Shown: positions 8,304 to 16,877 of the stretch, one piece after another
Position numbering within the stretch: the first letter of the stretch is position 1
Layout: every line of letters starts with the position of its first letter
Origin: Calditrichaceae bacterium
Lineage (GTDB): Bacteria; Calditrichota; Calditrichia; Calditrichales; JBFXGD01
Assembly (NCBI GenBank): GCA_050173015.1
Contig: JBFXLE010000009.1
Location: 103,861-167,860 of the forward strand
Length of the DNA: 64,000 nt
Reading direction: 5' to 3'
The notes under the pieces: model-generated
Database searches by the model: none
The model's input: the letters and a program-made list of their open reading frames with translations, nothing else
What the model was told of the DNA's origin: nothing
Made by a program: the position numbers and the translations under genes

Positions 8304-11150
8304 ATGACAACATATAAAAATCAAAATCCTGAACAAATAGCCAGAGACAAAATTGACAAAATGTTAATTGAAGCTGGTTGGATTGTTCAATCTAAAAATG
8401 AAGTTGACTTGGGTGCAGGCAGAGGTGTTGCGTTGAGAGAATACCAAACGGAAACAAAATTTGCGGATTATGTGCTGTTTGTTGACAAAAACCCTGTTGG
8501 AATTATTGAGGCAAAAAAAGAAGACGAAGGACATAAACTAACCGTAGCGGAAGACCAAGCCTCTGAATATGCCAAAGCAAAACTAAAATATTTGGATAAC
8601 GACCCATTGCCTTTTGTTTTTGAGAGTACCGGAACAATAACCCGTTTTAGAGATACACGAGACCCAAAACCAAGAGGGCGACATATTTTTTGGTTTTACC
8701 GTCCCGAAACATTGGCGGAATGGCTACAAAAAGATAAAAGTTTAAGAGGTAGATTATTAGATATTCCGCAATTAAATGAGACTGGGCTTCGCCCTGCTCA
8801 AATTAAGGCGATTAATAACCTTGAACAATCTTTTAAAAAGAACAAGCCAAAAGCTTTAATACAAATGGCTACCGGAGCAGGTAAAACTTTTACTGCCTGT
8901 ACTTTTGTGTATCGCTTATTGGAACACGCCAAAGCCAAACGGATTTTATTTTTGGTTGACACCAAAAACTTAGGAGAACAAGCAGAACAGGAGTTTATGG
9001 CTTTTCAGCCCAACGACAGCAATCGCAAATTCACAGAATTGTATAATGTACAGCGTCTTACTTCAAGCTACATAGCAAGCGATAGTCAGGTTTGTATCTC
9101 TACCATTCAACGGATGTATGCCATTTTAAAAGGTGAAGAACTAGACGAAGGAGCCGAAGATACAAACCCGAACGAATCGACCTGGATGGAACAACAGCGA
9201 AATAAAAAACAGGCAATGCCTGTGGAATATTCTGCCAAAGTACCCATTGAACAATTCGATTTTATTGTAATTGATGAATGCCACCGCTCTATTTACAATC
9301 TTTGGAAACAAGTGTTGGATTATTTCGATGCTTTCCTTATCGGCTTAACTGCCACACCCGATAAGCGAACTTTTGGCTTTTTTGAGGAAAATGTAGTGAG
9401 CGAATATACCTATGAAGAATCTGTGTTGGATGGTGTAAATGTTCCTTACGATGTGTACAATATTGAAACTGAAATTTCGCAAAAAGGCAGTGTGATAAAA
9501 GCAGGTTGGTTTGTGGACAGACGAGATAAGCTCACCCGAAAAACGCGTTGGCAACAAGAAGATGAAGACACCGAATATTTGAAAAACGATTTGGATAAAA
9601 AGGTCGTTAATCCAAGCCAGATACGGAATATTATTCGCCAATACAAAAAAGCATTGGAAACCGAAATTTTCCCGAACAGAAAAGACGAAAATGGAGAATA
9701 CGAAGTTCCTAAAACACTGGTTTTTGCAAAAACTGACAGCCACGCGGATGATATAATCAAAATCATTCGTAAAGAATTTGACGAAGGCGATGATTTCTGC
9801 AAAAAACTGACTTATAAAATAAAAGAAGACCCAAAATCGGTGTTAAACCGTTTTCGGAATTCATATCATCCCCGCATTGCGGTTACGGTAGATATGATTG
9901 CAACGGGAACCGATGTAAAACCTTTGGAAGTGTTGTTGTTTATGCGTGATGTTAAAAGCACCAACTACTTTGAACAAATGAAGGGTAGAGGAACACGCAC
10001 CATTAACAAAGATGCTTTTCAGGCAAACAACACCAATGTAAAAGGGGCTTGCAAAACCCATTTTATTATTGTGGATGCAGTTGGCGTAACAAAGTCGAAG
10101 AAAACCGACAGCCGGCCTTTGGAACGCAAACCAACTGTAGCCTTAAAAGATTTATTGGGAGCGGTAACAATGGGAGTTACCGAAGAAGATTTGTTTCTTT
10201 CGCTTGCAAATCGTTTGATACGATTAGAAAAAGAAATTACCGACAAGGAAAAAGATAAATTACTGGAACATTCCAAAGGCAAAAATCTGAAACAAATCAG
10301 CAAAGAATTATTATCGGCTTTTGATAAAGATGAAATTGAAAACAGAGCACAGGAAAAAATTGAAAAATTCTGTAAAGACGCCCTACAGGGCGTCTCTTCT
10401 GCTGCCGATTTATCTCCGGCACAAATAGAATCTTTCCGACAGGACGCACAGAAAGAATTGATTAATACCGCCGCTTCTACTTTTAACGGAAAGCTGAACG
10501 ATTATATTGAAAAAGTGCGTATGGAACACGAGCAAATTATCGACAGCCACAATATCGACACCGTAACAAAATCGGAATGGGACACCGCTTCGGTGGATAA
10601 AGCCAAAGAAACTGTAAAAGATTTTAACGAATACCTCGAAGCCAATCAGGACGAGATAAAAGCATTGACCATTTTTTACAAACAACCCTACAACCGCCGA
10701 AACATTACCTTTAAAATGATTAAAGATGTGTTTGATAAACTGAAATTGGATAAACCCACCCTTGCCCCCGATTATGTTTGGGCGGCATACAGCCAATTGG
10801 AAGAGGTAAAAAGCAAACAACCGATTGACGAACTCACCGCGTTAATTTCGTTAATTCGCAGGGCTTGCGGAATTGACAGCGAGTTGAAAGCTTTTGATTC
10901 CACCATTGACGAAAATTTCAAAAACTGGATTTTCAAACAAAACGCAGGCAAGCACAACCGCTTTACAACCGAACAAATGGACTGGCTGCGAGAACTGAAA
11001 AATCACGTAGTAAATTCGTATCACATAGAAATTGAAGACCTCGATTATACACCCTTTGATGAAAAAGGAGGACGTGGCAAAATGTACCAACTCTTTGGTG
11101 CCGAAATGAACGATATTATTAATGAACTTAACGAGGTATTAGCAGCATAA
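8304..11150 (+). CDS. hsdR: Type I restriction endonuclease subunit R (EcoEI/EcoAI-like)
   Basis: ADYVL..IIEAK nuclease motif, MATGAGKT Walker A, DECH, TAT, QMKGRGTR; EcoEI-type C-terminus. ATG 8304 preferred over TTG 8229, which lies inside repeat E1. Confidence 0.92.
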   Translation: MTTYKNQNPEQIARDKIDKMLIEAGWIVQSKNEVDLGAGRGVALREYQTETKFADYVLFVDKNPVGIIEAKKEDEGHKLTVAEDQASEYAKAKLKYLDNDPLPFVFESTGTITRFRDTRDPKPRGRHIFWFYRPETLAEWLQKDKSLRGRLLDIPQLNETGLRPAQIKAINNLEQSFKKNKPKALIQMATGAGKTFTACTFVYRLLEHAKAKRILFLVDTKNLGEQAEQEFMAFQPNDSNRKFTELYNVQRLTSSYIASDSQVCISTIQRMYAILKGEELDEGAEDTNPNESTWMEQQRNKKQAMPVEYSAKVPIEQFDFIVIDECHRSIYNLWKQVLDYFDAFLIGLTATPDKRTFGFFEENVVSEYTYEESVLDGVNVPYDVYNIETEISQKGSVIKAGWFVDRRDKLTRKTRWQQEDEDTEYLKNDLDKKVVNPSQIRNIIRQYKKALETEIFPNRKDENGEYEVPKTLVFAKTDSHADDIIKIIRKEFDEGDDFCKKLTYKIKEDPKSVLNRFRNSYHPRIAVTVDMIATGTDVKPLEVLLFMRDVKSTNYFEQMKGRGTRTINKDAFQANNTNVKGACKTHFIIVDAVGVTKSKKTDSRPLERKPTVALKDLLGAVTMGVTEEDLFLSLANRLIRLEKEITDKEKDKLLEHSKGKNLKQISKELLSAFDKDEIENRAQEKIEKFCKDALQGVSSAADLSPAQIESFRQDAQKELINTAASTFNGKLNDYIEKVRMEHEQIIDSHNIDTVTKSEWDTASVDKAKETVKDFNEYLEANQDEIKALTIFYKQPYNRRNITFKMIKDVFDKLKLDKPTLAPDYVWAAYSQLEEVKSKQPIDELTALISLIRRACGIDSELKAFDSTIDENFKNWIFKQNAGKHNRFTTEQMDWLRELKNHVVNSYHIEIEDLDYTPFDEKGGRGKMYQLFGAEMNDIINELNEVLAA
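10372..10399 (+). repeat. REP-like palindrome inside hsdR
   Basis: GTAAAGACGCCCTACAGGGCGTCTCTTC, a variant of the GTAGAGACGCCC-n-GGGCGTCTCTAC palindrome. Confidence 0.65.
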
Positions 11151-12688
11151 TGAGAGAAGATTGGATTGACGTTGAATTAAAAGATGTTTGCCTAAGTTCA
11201 AAGGGAAAGAAACCAAGTGTTTTAGAAAAAAATAATTCTGAAACTGCTAATGTGCCATATATAAATATCAAAGCTTTTGAGAAAGGTATAATAGAAGAAT
11301 ACACTGATGGTGAAAAATGCAATTTATGTGAAGATGGTGACTTGTTAATGGTTTGGGATGGTGCAAGGGCTGGGCTTACAGGTAAAGCTAAAAAAGGTGC
11401 TGTTGGTTCAACACTAATGAGAATTGAAGAAGTAAAAGGTATTGAAAAGGAATATTTATATTATTTTCTTTTATCACTTTTTACAAAGATTAATACAAAT
11501 CCAAGAGGTGTTGGTATTCCACATGTTGAACCACGAATACTATGGTTGTCAAAAGTATTAATTGTTAGCAGTCCCATCCAACGAGCAATAGTATCCAAAA
11601 TCGAAGCCCTGTTTTCCGATTTGGACAACGGCATCGCCAATTTAAAAAAAGCACAGGAGCAATTAAAAATATACCGTCAAGCGGTTTTGAAAAAGGCCTT
11701 TGAGGGCGAACTCACAAAAGAATGGCGTGAAAAGATTGTACAGACGCCCAATTTGGGCGTATCAACGCCCCTGCCAACAGCCGAAGAACTGCTAAAACAA
11801 ATAAAAGAAGAACGCCAAAACCACTACAACCAACAAATTGAAGACTGGAAAAAAGCGGTTAAGGAATGGGAGAAAAATGGGAAAGTTGGGAAGAAGCCAA
11901 GTAAGCCTAAGCAGCAAAAAGAATTGCCACCTTTAAATGAGGAAGAATTGAATGAGCTGCCGAAATTGCCAAAGTCAATGGTATGGACACAACTTGGAAA
12001 TGTGGTTTGGTCTGTAAAAGATGGACCTCATTTTAGCCCTAAATATTCAAAAACTGGTATACCCTTTATCTCAGGTGGGAATATTAGACCAGAAAAAATT
12101 GACTTTGAAAAAGTAAAATATATTTCAGAAGAGCTTCATAAGGAACTAAGTCGAAGATGTAAACCACAATTAGATGACATTCTATACACCAAAGGCGGAA
12201 CAACTGGAATTGCAAAAGTTAATACATATAAATTTGATTTTAATGTTTGGGTGCATGTAGCAGTATTAAGACCAATCCAAATGATTTTACCATTATATTT
12301 ACAACATGTTTTAAATTCTTCTCATTGTTATAAACAATCGCAAGAATATACACATGGGGTTGGTAATCAAGATTTAGGTTTAACAAGAATGATTTTAATC
12401 ACACTGCCTATTTGTTGTAAAGAAGAACAAACCCAAATCGTCCAAGAAATAGAAAGCCGTTTATCGGTTTGCGACAAAGTAGAGCAAAGCATAACCGAAA
12501 GCCTTGAAAAAGCCGAAGCCCTTCGCCAAAGCATTCTTAAAAAAGCATTTGAGGGCAAATTATTAAGCGAAGCTGAAATAGAACAATGCAAAAAGGCAGC
12601 CGATTACGAACCTGCGGCAAAATTGTTGGAACGAATAAAACAGGAAAAAATAAATAAGGATAATAATAAAAAAACAAAATCAAAATAA
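11150..12688 (+). CDS. hsdS: Type I R-M specificity subunit
   Basis: Two TRDs with conserved PIQRAIVSKIEALF / EEQTQIVQEIES and SILKKAFEGKL regions. Confidence 0.92.
   Translation: MREDWIDVELKDVCLSSKGKKPSVLEKNNSETANVPYINIKAFEKGIIEEYTDGEKCNLCEDGDLLMVWDGARAGLTGKAKKGAVGSTLMRIEEVKGIEKEYLYYFLLSLFTKINTNPRGVGIPHVEPRILWLSKVLIVSSPIQRAIVSKIEALFSDLDNGIANLKKAQEQLKIYRQAVLKKAFEGELTKEWREKIVQTPNLGVSTPLPTAEELLKQIKEERQNHYNQQIEDWKKAVKEWEKNGKVGKKPSKPKQQKELPPLNEEELNELPKLPKSMVWTQLGNVVWSVKDGPHFSPKYSKTGIPFISGGNIRPEKIDFEKVKYISEELHKELSRRCKPQLDDILYTKGGTTGIAKVNTYKFDFNVWVHVAVLRPIQMILPLYLQHVLNSSHCYKQSQEYTHGVGNQDLGLTRMILITLPICCKEEQTQIVQEIESRLSVCDKVEQSITESLEKAEALRQSILKKAFEGKLLSEAEIEQCKKAADYEPAAKLLERIKQEKINKDNNKKTKSK
11738..11766 (+). 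repeat. REP-like palindrome inside hsdS
   Basis: GTACAGACGCCCAATTTGGGCGTATCAAC. Confidence 0.7.
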
Positions 12689-12739
12689 TTGTGAAACGCG
12701 TTGGACGTATTTGTCGCATTTGACGCGTTGGACGCATTG

Positions 12740-12768
12740 GTAGAGACGCCCAATTTGGGCGTCTCTAC
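12740..12768 (+). repeat. GTAG-family REP palindrome upstream of the transposase
   Basis: GTAGAGACGCCCAATTTGGGCGTCTCTAC, flanked by 9-bp and short tandem repeats. Confidence 0.85.
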
Positions 12769-12840
12769 GACGACGATCCCTACGATCCCGATCCCGACGA
12801 CGACAATATCGTTCACGTTCACAATAACGAAAACAAAAAT

Positions 12841-13452
12841 ATGCCCGATAAATTTCAAAACAAATACCGCATACCATCGGCACGATTGCAAACATGGGAT
12901 TATGGAAGCAATGGAACCTATTTTATAACCATTTGCACCCAAAACCGTGAACATTATTTTGGTGAAATTACAGACGGTAATATGATATTATCCGAAATAG
13001 GAATTTTGGCGAACAAATATTGGAATGAAATACCAGAACATTTTCCATTTGTCAATTTGGATGAATTTGTGGTAATGCCCAACCACGTGCATGGGATTAT
13101 TATCATTGATAAACCCGATGATGGACGGGATGATGGGCGGGACGTTGGACGGGACGTTGGACGGGACGTAGAGACGCCCAAATTGGGCGTCTCTACCAAT
13201 ACCAATACCAATACCAATACCAATCATCAAACCGCCACGGCATCCGAAAAATGGAAACCGGCATCATTGGGGGTAATTATCAACCAATATAAACGAATGG
13301 CAACCATTAAATCGCGTAAAATCCACGCTGATTTTGGTTGGCAATCCCGTTTTTACGACCAGATCATACGAAACAACGAATCGTATGAAAAAATCAGAAA
13401 TTATATTGTCAACAACCCATTGAAATGGGAAGAAGATAAATTTTACAATTAA
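12841..13452 (+). CDS. REP-associated tyrosine (HUH/Y1) transposase, RAYT-like
   Basis: YFITICT, VVMPNHVHGII (HUH), WQSRFYDQIIR, YIVNNP (catalytic Tyr). Confidence 0.9.
   Translation: MPDKFQNKYRIPSARLQTWDYGSNGTYFITICTQNREHYFGEITDGNMILSEIGILANKYWNEIPEHFPFVNLDEFVVMPNHVHGIIIIDKPDDGRDDGRDVGRDVGRDVETPKLGVSTNTNTNTNTNHQTATASEKWKPASLGVIINQYKRMATIKSRKIHADFGWQSRFYDQIIRNNESYEKIRNYIVNNPLKWEEDKFYN
13117..13224 (+). repeat. 12-bp tandem repeat x4 + REP palindrome (13168-13196) + ACCAAT x5, in frame within the transposase
   Basis: Encodes DDGRDDGRDVGRDVGRD-VETPKLGVST-NTNTNTNTN. Confidence 0.85.
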
Positions 13453-13467
13453 ATTGAAAGAAATAAT

Positions 13468-14988
13468 ATGTCAGAAAGTGCAATAGTATCAAAAGTGTGG
13501 AATTTCGCCAATGTTCTTAGAGACGATGGAGTGGGTTATGGTGATTATTTAGAGCAAATCACCTATTTGCTTTTCCTAAAAATGGCAGACGAACTTAACA
13601 AACCGCCCTACAATAAAGGTTTAAAATTTCCGAAACTCAAAAATGCTGAGGGTGTTGAATTGCCCGATGCCGAAACCTGCGACTGGCAAACGCTGTCGCA
13701 AAAACGTGGTTTGGAATTGGAAAATTTTTACAACCAAATGCTACGAAGTTTGGGAAGCGAAAAAGGAACGTTGGGGCAAATTTTCGTAAAAAGTCAAAAC
13801 AAAATACAAGACCCATCAAAACTCTTAAAAATCATTGATATGATTGATAAAGAGCAATGGAGCTTAATGGGAACCGATGTAAAAGGGAAAATTTACGAAG
13901 GTCTTTTAGAGAAAAATGCCGAAGACACCAAAAGCGGTGCAGGGCAATATTTTACGCCTCGTTCGCTCATCAAAACAATGGTGGCTTGTGTTCGTCCCAA
14001 ACCCATGAAAACCATTATAGACCCTGCTTGTGGCACTGGCGGTTTCTTTTTGGCAGCTTACGATTATATCAAAAGTCAGAATTTAGACCAGGAAGAAAAG
14101 GAGTTTTTGAAAAACAAAACTTTCTACGGAAACGAAATTGTAGCCAATACACGCAGAATGTGTTTGATGAACATGTTTTTGCACAACATTGGCGAAATTG
14201 ATGGCGAAACACTCATTTCTTCAGCTGATGCTTTGGTTTCGGACAATGGCATACGCTACGATTATGTGCTGGCAAATCCGCCTTTTGGTAAAAAAAGCAG
14301 TATGACCATTACCAACGAAGAGGGCAAACTGGAAAAGCAGGATTATACTATCAATCGTCAGGATTTTGTGGCTACCACAGCCAACAAGCAACTAAACTTT
14401 TTGCAACACATAAAAACGCTTTTAAAACTCACAGGCGAAGCAGCCGTTGTACTTCCCGATAATGTTTTGTTTGAGGGCGGAGCAGGCGAAACGGTTCGGA
14501 AAGAATTGATGAAAACAACCGAATTGCATACAATTTTAAGACTTCCAACAGGTATATTTTACGCACAAGGTGTAAAAGCAAATGTTTTGTTTTTCGACAA
14601 CAAACCAGCTTCAAAAGAGGCTTGGACAAAAGATGTTTGGATTTATGATTATCGAAGTAACATAAGCCACACATTAAAGAAAAACCCAATGCGATTTGAG
14701 CATCTACAGGAATTCGTAAAACTCTACAATCCCGAAAACCGAAATAAAAGAACAGAAACGTGGAGCGAAACAAATCCCGAAGGCAGATGGAGAAAGTATA
14801 GTTATGCTGAAATCATTGAACGAGATAAAACCAACTTGGATATATTTTGGATTAAAGACAAAAGCTTAACCGACTTAGATAATTTACCCGACCCCGATAT
14901 TTTGGCAAACGAAATCATTGAAAACATTGAAGCCGGATTAAATAGTTTTAAAGAAATAATGGAAACAATAAACGGAGATGAAAGCTAA
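13468..14988 (+). CDS. hsdM: Type I R-M N6-adenine methyltransferase subunit M
   Basis: GQYFTPR, DPACGTGGF and NPPF motifs. Confidence 0.95.
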   Translation: MSESAIVSKVWNFANVLRDDGVGYGDYLEQITYLLFLKMADELNKPPYNKGLKFPKLKNAEGVELPDAETCDWQTLSQKRGLELENFYNQMLRSLGSEKGTLGQIFVKSQNKIQDPSKLLKIIDMIDKEQWSLMGTDVKGKIYEGLLEKNAEDTKSGAGQYFTPRSLIKTMVACVRPKPMKTIIDPACGTGGFFLAAYDYIKSQNLDQEEKEFLKNKTFYGNEIVANTRRMCLMNMFLHNIGEIDGETLISSADALVSDNGIRYDYVLANPPFGKKSSMTITNEEGKLEKQDYTINRQDFVATTANKQLNFLQHIKTLLKLTGEAAVVLPDNVLFEGGAGETVRKELMKTTELHTILRLPTGIFYAQGVKANVLFFDNKPASKEAWTKDVWIYDYRSNISHTLKKNPMRFEHLQEFVKLYNPENRNKRTETWSETNPEGRWRKYSYAEIIERDKTNLDIFWIKDKSLTDLDNLPDPDILANEIIENIEAGLNSFKEIMETINGDES

Positions 14989-14989
14989 G

Positions 14990-15080
14990 CCCAGCCCAAA
15001 AACCATACACATTTGCAATTCGCGCGAGCCAACGCTTGACCAAAAATTGCAAAAGAGTATGTCTTGCCAACGCACGGACA
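14990..15080 (+). repeat. ACA/AGA hairpin element E2
   Basis: CATAC-ACA-TTTGCAATT...AATTGCAAA-AGA-GTATG. Confidence 0.7.
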
Positions 15081-15130
15081 GAGAATGCAGCAAAAATGAA
15101 AGATAAATTGGCTGGAAAAATAAACAACGA

Positions 15131-15263
15131 AACGCTAACACGCGGTATAAAACATTGGGGTTTAAGTATTTATTCGAGCGTTCTACCCCGCATCAAGTTC
15201 GGTGTAACTCGACAGGATAGTAGCCCGCAATCCCTTACGAGTCATACACTCAAAGTTAGTTCC
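15131..15263 (+). repeat. attC-like site 5
   Basis: AACGCTAAC is complementary to G(A)TAGCGTT at 8114; right arm resembles sites 3 and 7; GTT at 15255. Confidence 0.8.
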
Positions 15264-15320
15264 AAGCCTAAAAAATAGAAACAACAAGAATAAAATATTT
15301 GCCAAAAGGATGAAAATAGA

Positions 15321-15501
15321 ACGCCGCCTATGCGGCGTTATTGTTTTGCAACGCGGTTGCTTGCACAGGATAGGGATTTAAGGTATATTCAGGAGTAGTT
15401 AGGTCATAATCGTTCCGGGACTACTGAAATTTGCGCACATCTCAAAAAAGTCTATTGATAAAAACAGTAATCCTACGGATGATATCTTTGAAAGGGATTA
15501 G
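15321..15501 (+). pseudogene. Tyrosine recombinase C-terminal remnant (copy 3)
   Basis: TPPMRRYCFATRLLAQDRDLRYIQE*LGHNRSGTTEICAH...DDIFERD*. Confidence 0.85.
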
Positions 15502-15517
15502 ATAATTGTAAAAGAAA

Positions 15518-15584
15518 TATATAAACAATTGTTCATACACCGCCAATTTGGGCGGATAAGAACAATAGAATATATACGAACGTT
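15518..15584 (+). other. attI-like site 3
   Basis: TATATAAACAATTGTTCATACACCGCCAATTTGGGCGGATAAGAACAATAGAATATATACGAACGTT; GTT at 15582. Confidence 0.7.
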
Positions 15585-15624
15585 GTGTGGCATTAGAAGT
15601 AACTTACATAAAAAAGGGTGACTT

Positions 15625-16212
15625 ATGGAAATAAAATTTGATGTGGAAATACAAGATGAAGAGAAAGAACTTCTGAAAACGATATTACATTGTGATAATG
15701 ATGAAGACTTAAATAATCTCTTGAATAAATTAGGCCGTTCTTCATTTGAAGATATTAGAAGAATGACAATTGGACAAAAAGTATTTACTCGTGGAAGAGA
15801 TATTTTAGAATATCGGTTATTTAATTTAATAAAGTTTTTCTTCGATGGGAAAATACCAGACGAACAAAAAATATGTGATTTATTCCAAATAACGGCAACT
15901 GAAAGTCGAGCATTTATTCGCTCAATAATGTCAAAGTATCAATATGACTTAAAAGAAACAATATCTTCAACATTAAAAGAACAAGTAGAAAATATTCAAA
16001 AAGAAGAAAATGAAGAAGTTTATAAACTTTCCATTCAAAACCAGTATTTCAAAGATGAATTAAATAGAATATTAGGAACAATAGACACAAGTTTACCGAT
16101 TATTGAAAAAGAGCGGGGAACTATTTCTACTTATGTAATTCAAACATCATCTTACCAGAAGTTATGTGAACATTTTGGCATTGAACTAGAAGAAGAAAAC
16201 AATGAAAACTGA
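15625..16212 (+). CDS. Hypothetical soluble protein (cassette 6)
   Basis: 195-aa ORF; possible HTH-like segment IPDEQKICDLFQITATESRAFI. Confidence 0.7.
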   Translation: MEIKFDVEIQDEEKELLKTILHCDNDEDLNNLLNKLGRSSFEDIRRMTIGQKVFTRGRDILEYRLFNLIKFFFDGKIPDEQKICDLFQITATESRAFIRSIMSKYQYDLKETISSTLKEQVENIQKEENEEVYKLSIQNQYFKDELNRILGTIDTSLPIIEKERGTISTYVIQTSSYQKLCEHFGIELEEENNEN

Positions 16213-16621
16213 TTTACCTAATTTATTAACTGCATCAAGTATTCTATTGGGAATTATTACTGCATTATATGGTTTATTTTTTCCTGCGATTAATTCAATT
16301 TTAGTAATAAAATCTAAGCCCCATAAGGTTGATAATAAGAAGGCCTACAGTGAAAGCAAGGATATTATAAAAGCAAAATATATTCCATTATTAATTGGTT
16401 CGTTAGTAATTACATTGATAAACATACCAGAGCTGTTTTCTCAATTAAGAAATAGTTTTGTTGCAATAAAAACTAGTGGAATAGAGAACACAACATATGA
16501 TACGTTAACAGCATCATTTATTGTCGTTTGCCTTTTTATGATTTTCATTACGATAATGATGATAGCAACTGGTTTTAAGTTAAGAAAGAAAATAAAAGAA
16601 CTTAATCCAAATGAACAATAA
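16202..16621 (+). CDS. Three-TM membrane protein (cassette 6)
   Basis: Three hydrophobic helices; overlaps the upstream gene; stop lies immediately before the attC-like core. Confidence 0.7.
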   Translation: MKTDLPNLLTASSILLGIITALYGLFFPAINSILVIKSKPHKVDNKKAYSESKDIIKAKYIPLLIGSLVITLINIPELFSQLRNSFVAIKTSGIENTTYDTLTASFIVVCLFMIFITIMMIATGFKLRKKIKELNPNEQ

Positions 16622-16622
16622 C

Positions 16623-16759
16623 GCCACACAACAAAAAATATAGTGCATTTGGCAGATGGTGCTAAAAATGAAAATGATTGCAATAAATGAACATAGTAGT
16701 AAATTGAAAGCTTGGAGCGTTGAAATGCCAAACGCACCATATTCAAACCGTTGTATGCC
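16623..16759 (+). repeat. attC-like site 6
   Basis: GCCACACAAC is the reverse complement of GTTGTGTGGC at 15582; arms AATATAGTGCATTTGGCA / TGCCAAACGCACCATATT; GTT at 16750. Confidence 0.85.
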
Positions 16760-16777
16760 ATGCTGGAAACGAGCTAA

Positions 16778-16865
16778 CCGCACAAATAGCACATTTGGTT
16801 ATTGCTGACACAAAAGCAAAGGCTGAAAAACTAAAAGAGCTATTTTATTGTCAAACGCACATAGA
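16778..16865 (+). repeat. ACA/AGA hairpin element E3
   Basis: AAATAGC-ACA-TTTGGTT...AACTAAA-AGA-GCTATTT. Confidence 0.7.
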
Positions 16866-16877
16866 CTAAAACTAAAA

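Noticed and set aside
12604-13230. Overlapping ORFs on both strands around the REP/tandem repeats
   Set aside because: Low-complexity stop-free frames produced by repeats; the RAYT frame explains the region.
15036-15278. Short ORFs 15036-15278, 22946-23191, 6193-6396, 8122-8313 and 16580-16792
   Set aside because: They overlie attC-like sites and hairpin repeats, so they are most likely chance read-through of non-coding elements.
15540-15556. Centre of the attI-like site (CCGCCAATTTGGGCGG) resembles the REP core CGCCCAATTTGGGCG
   Set aside because: It lacks the GTAG-AGA flanks and the match is weaker in copies 1 and 2; it cannot be distinguished from chance.
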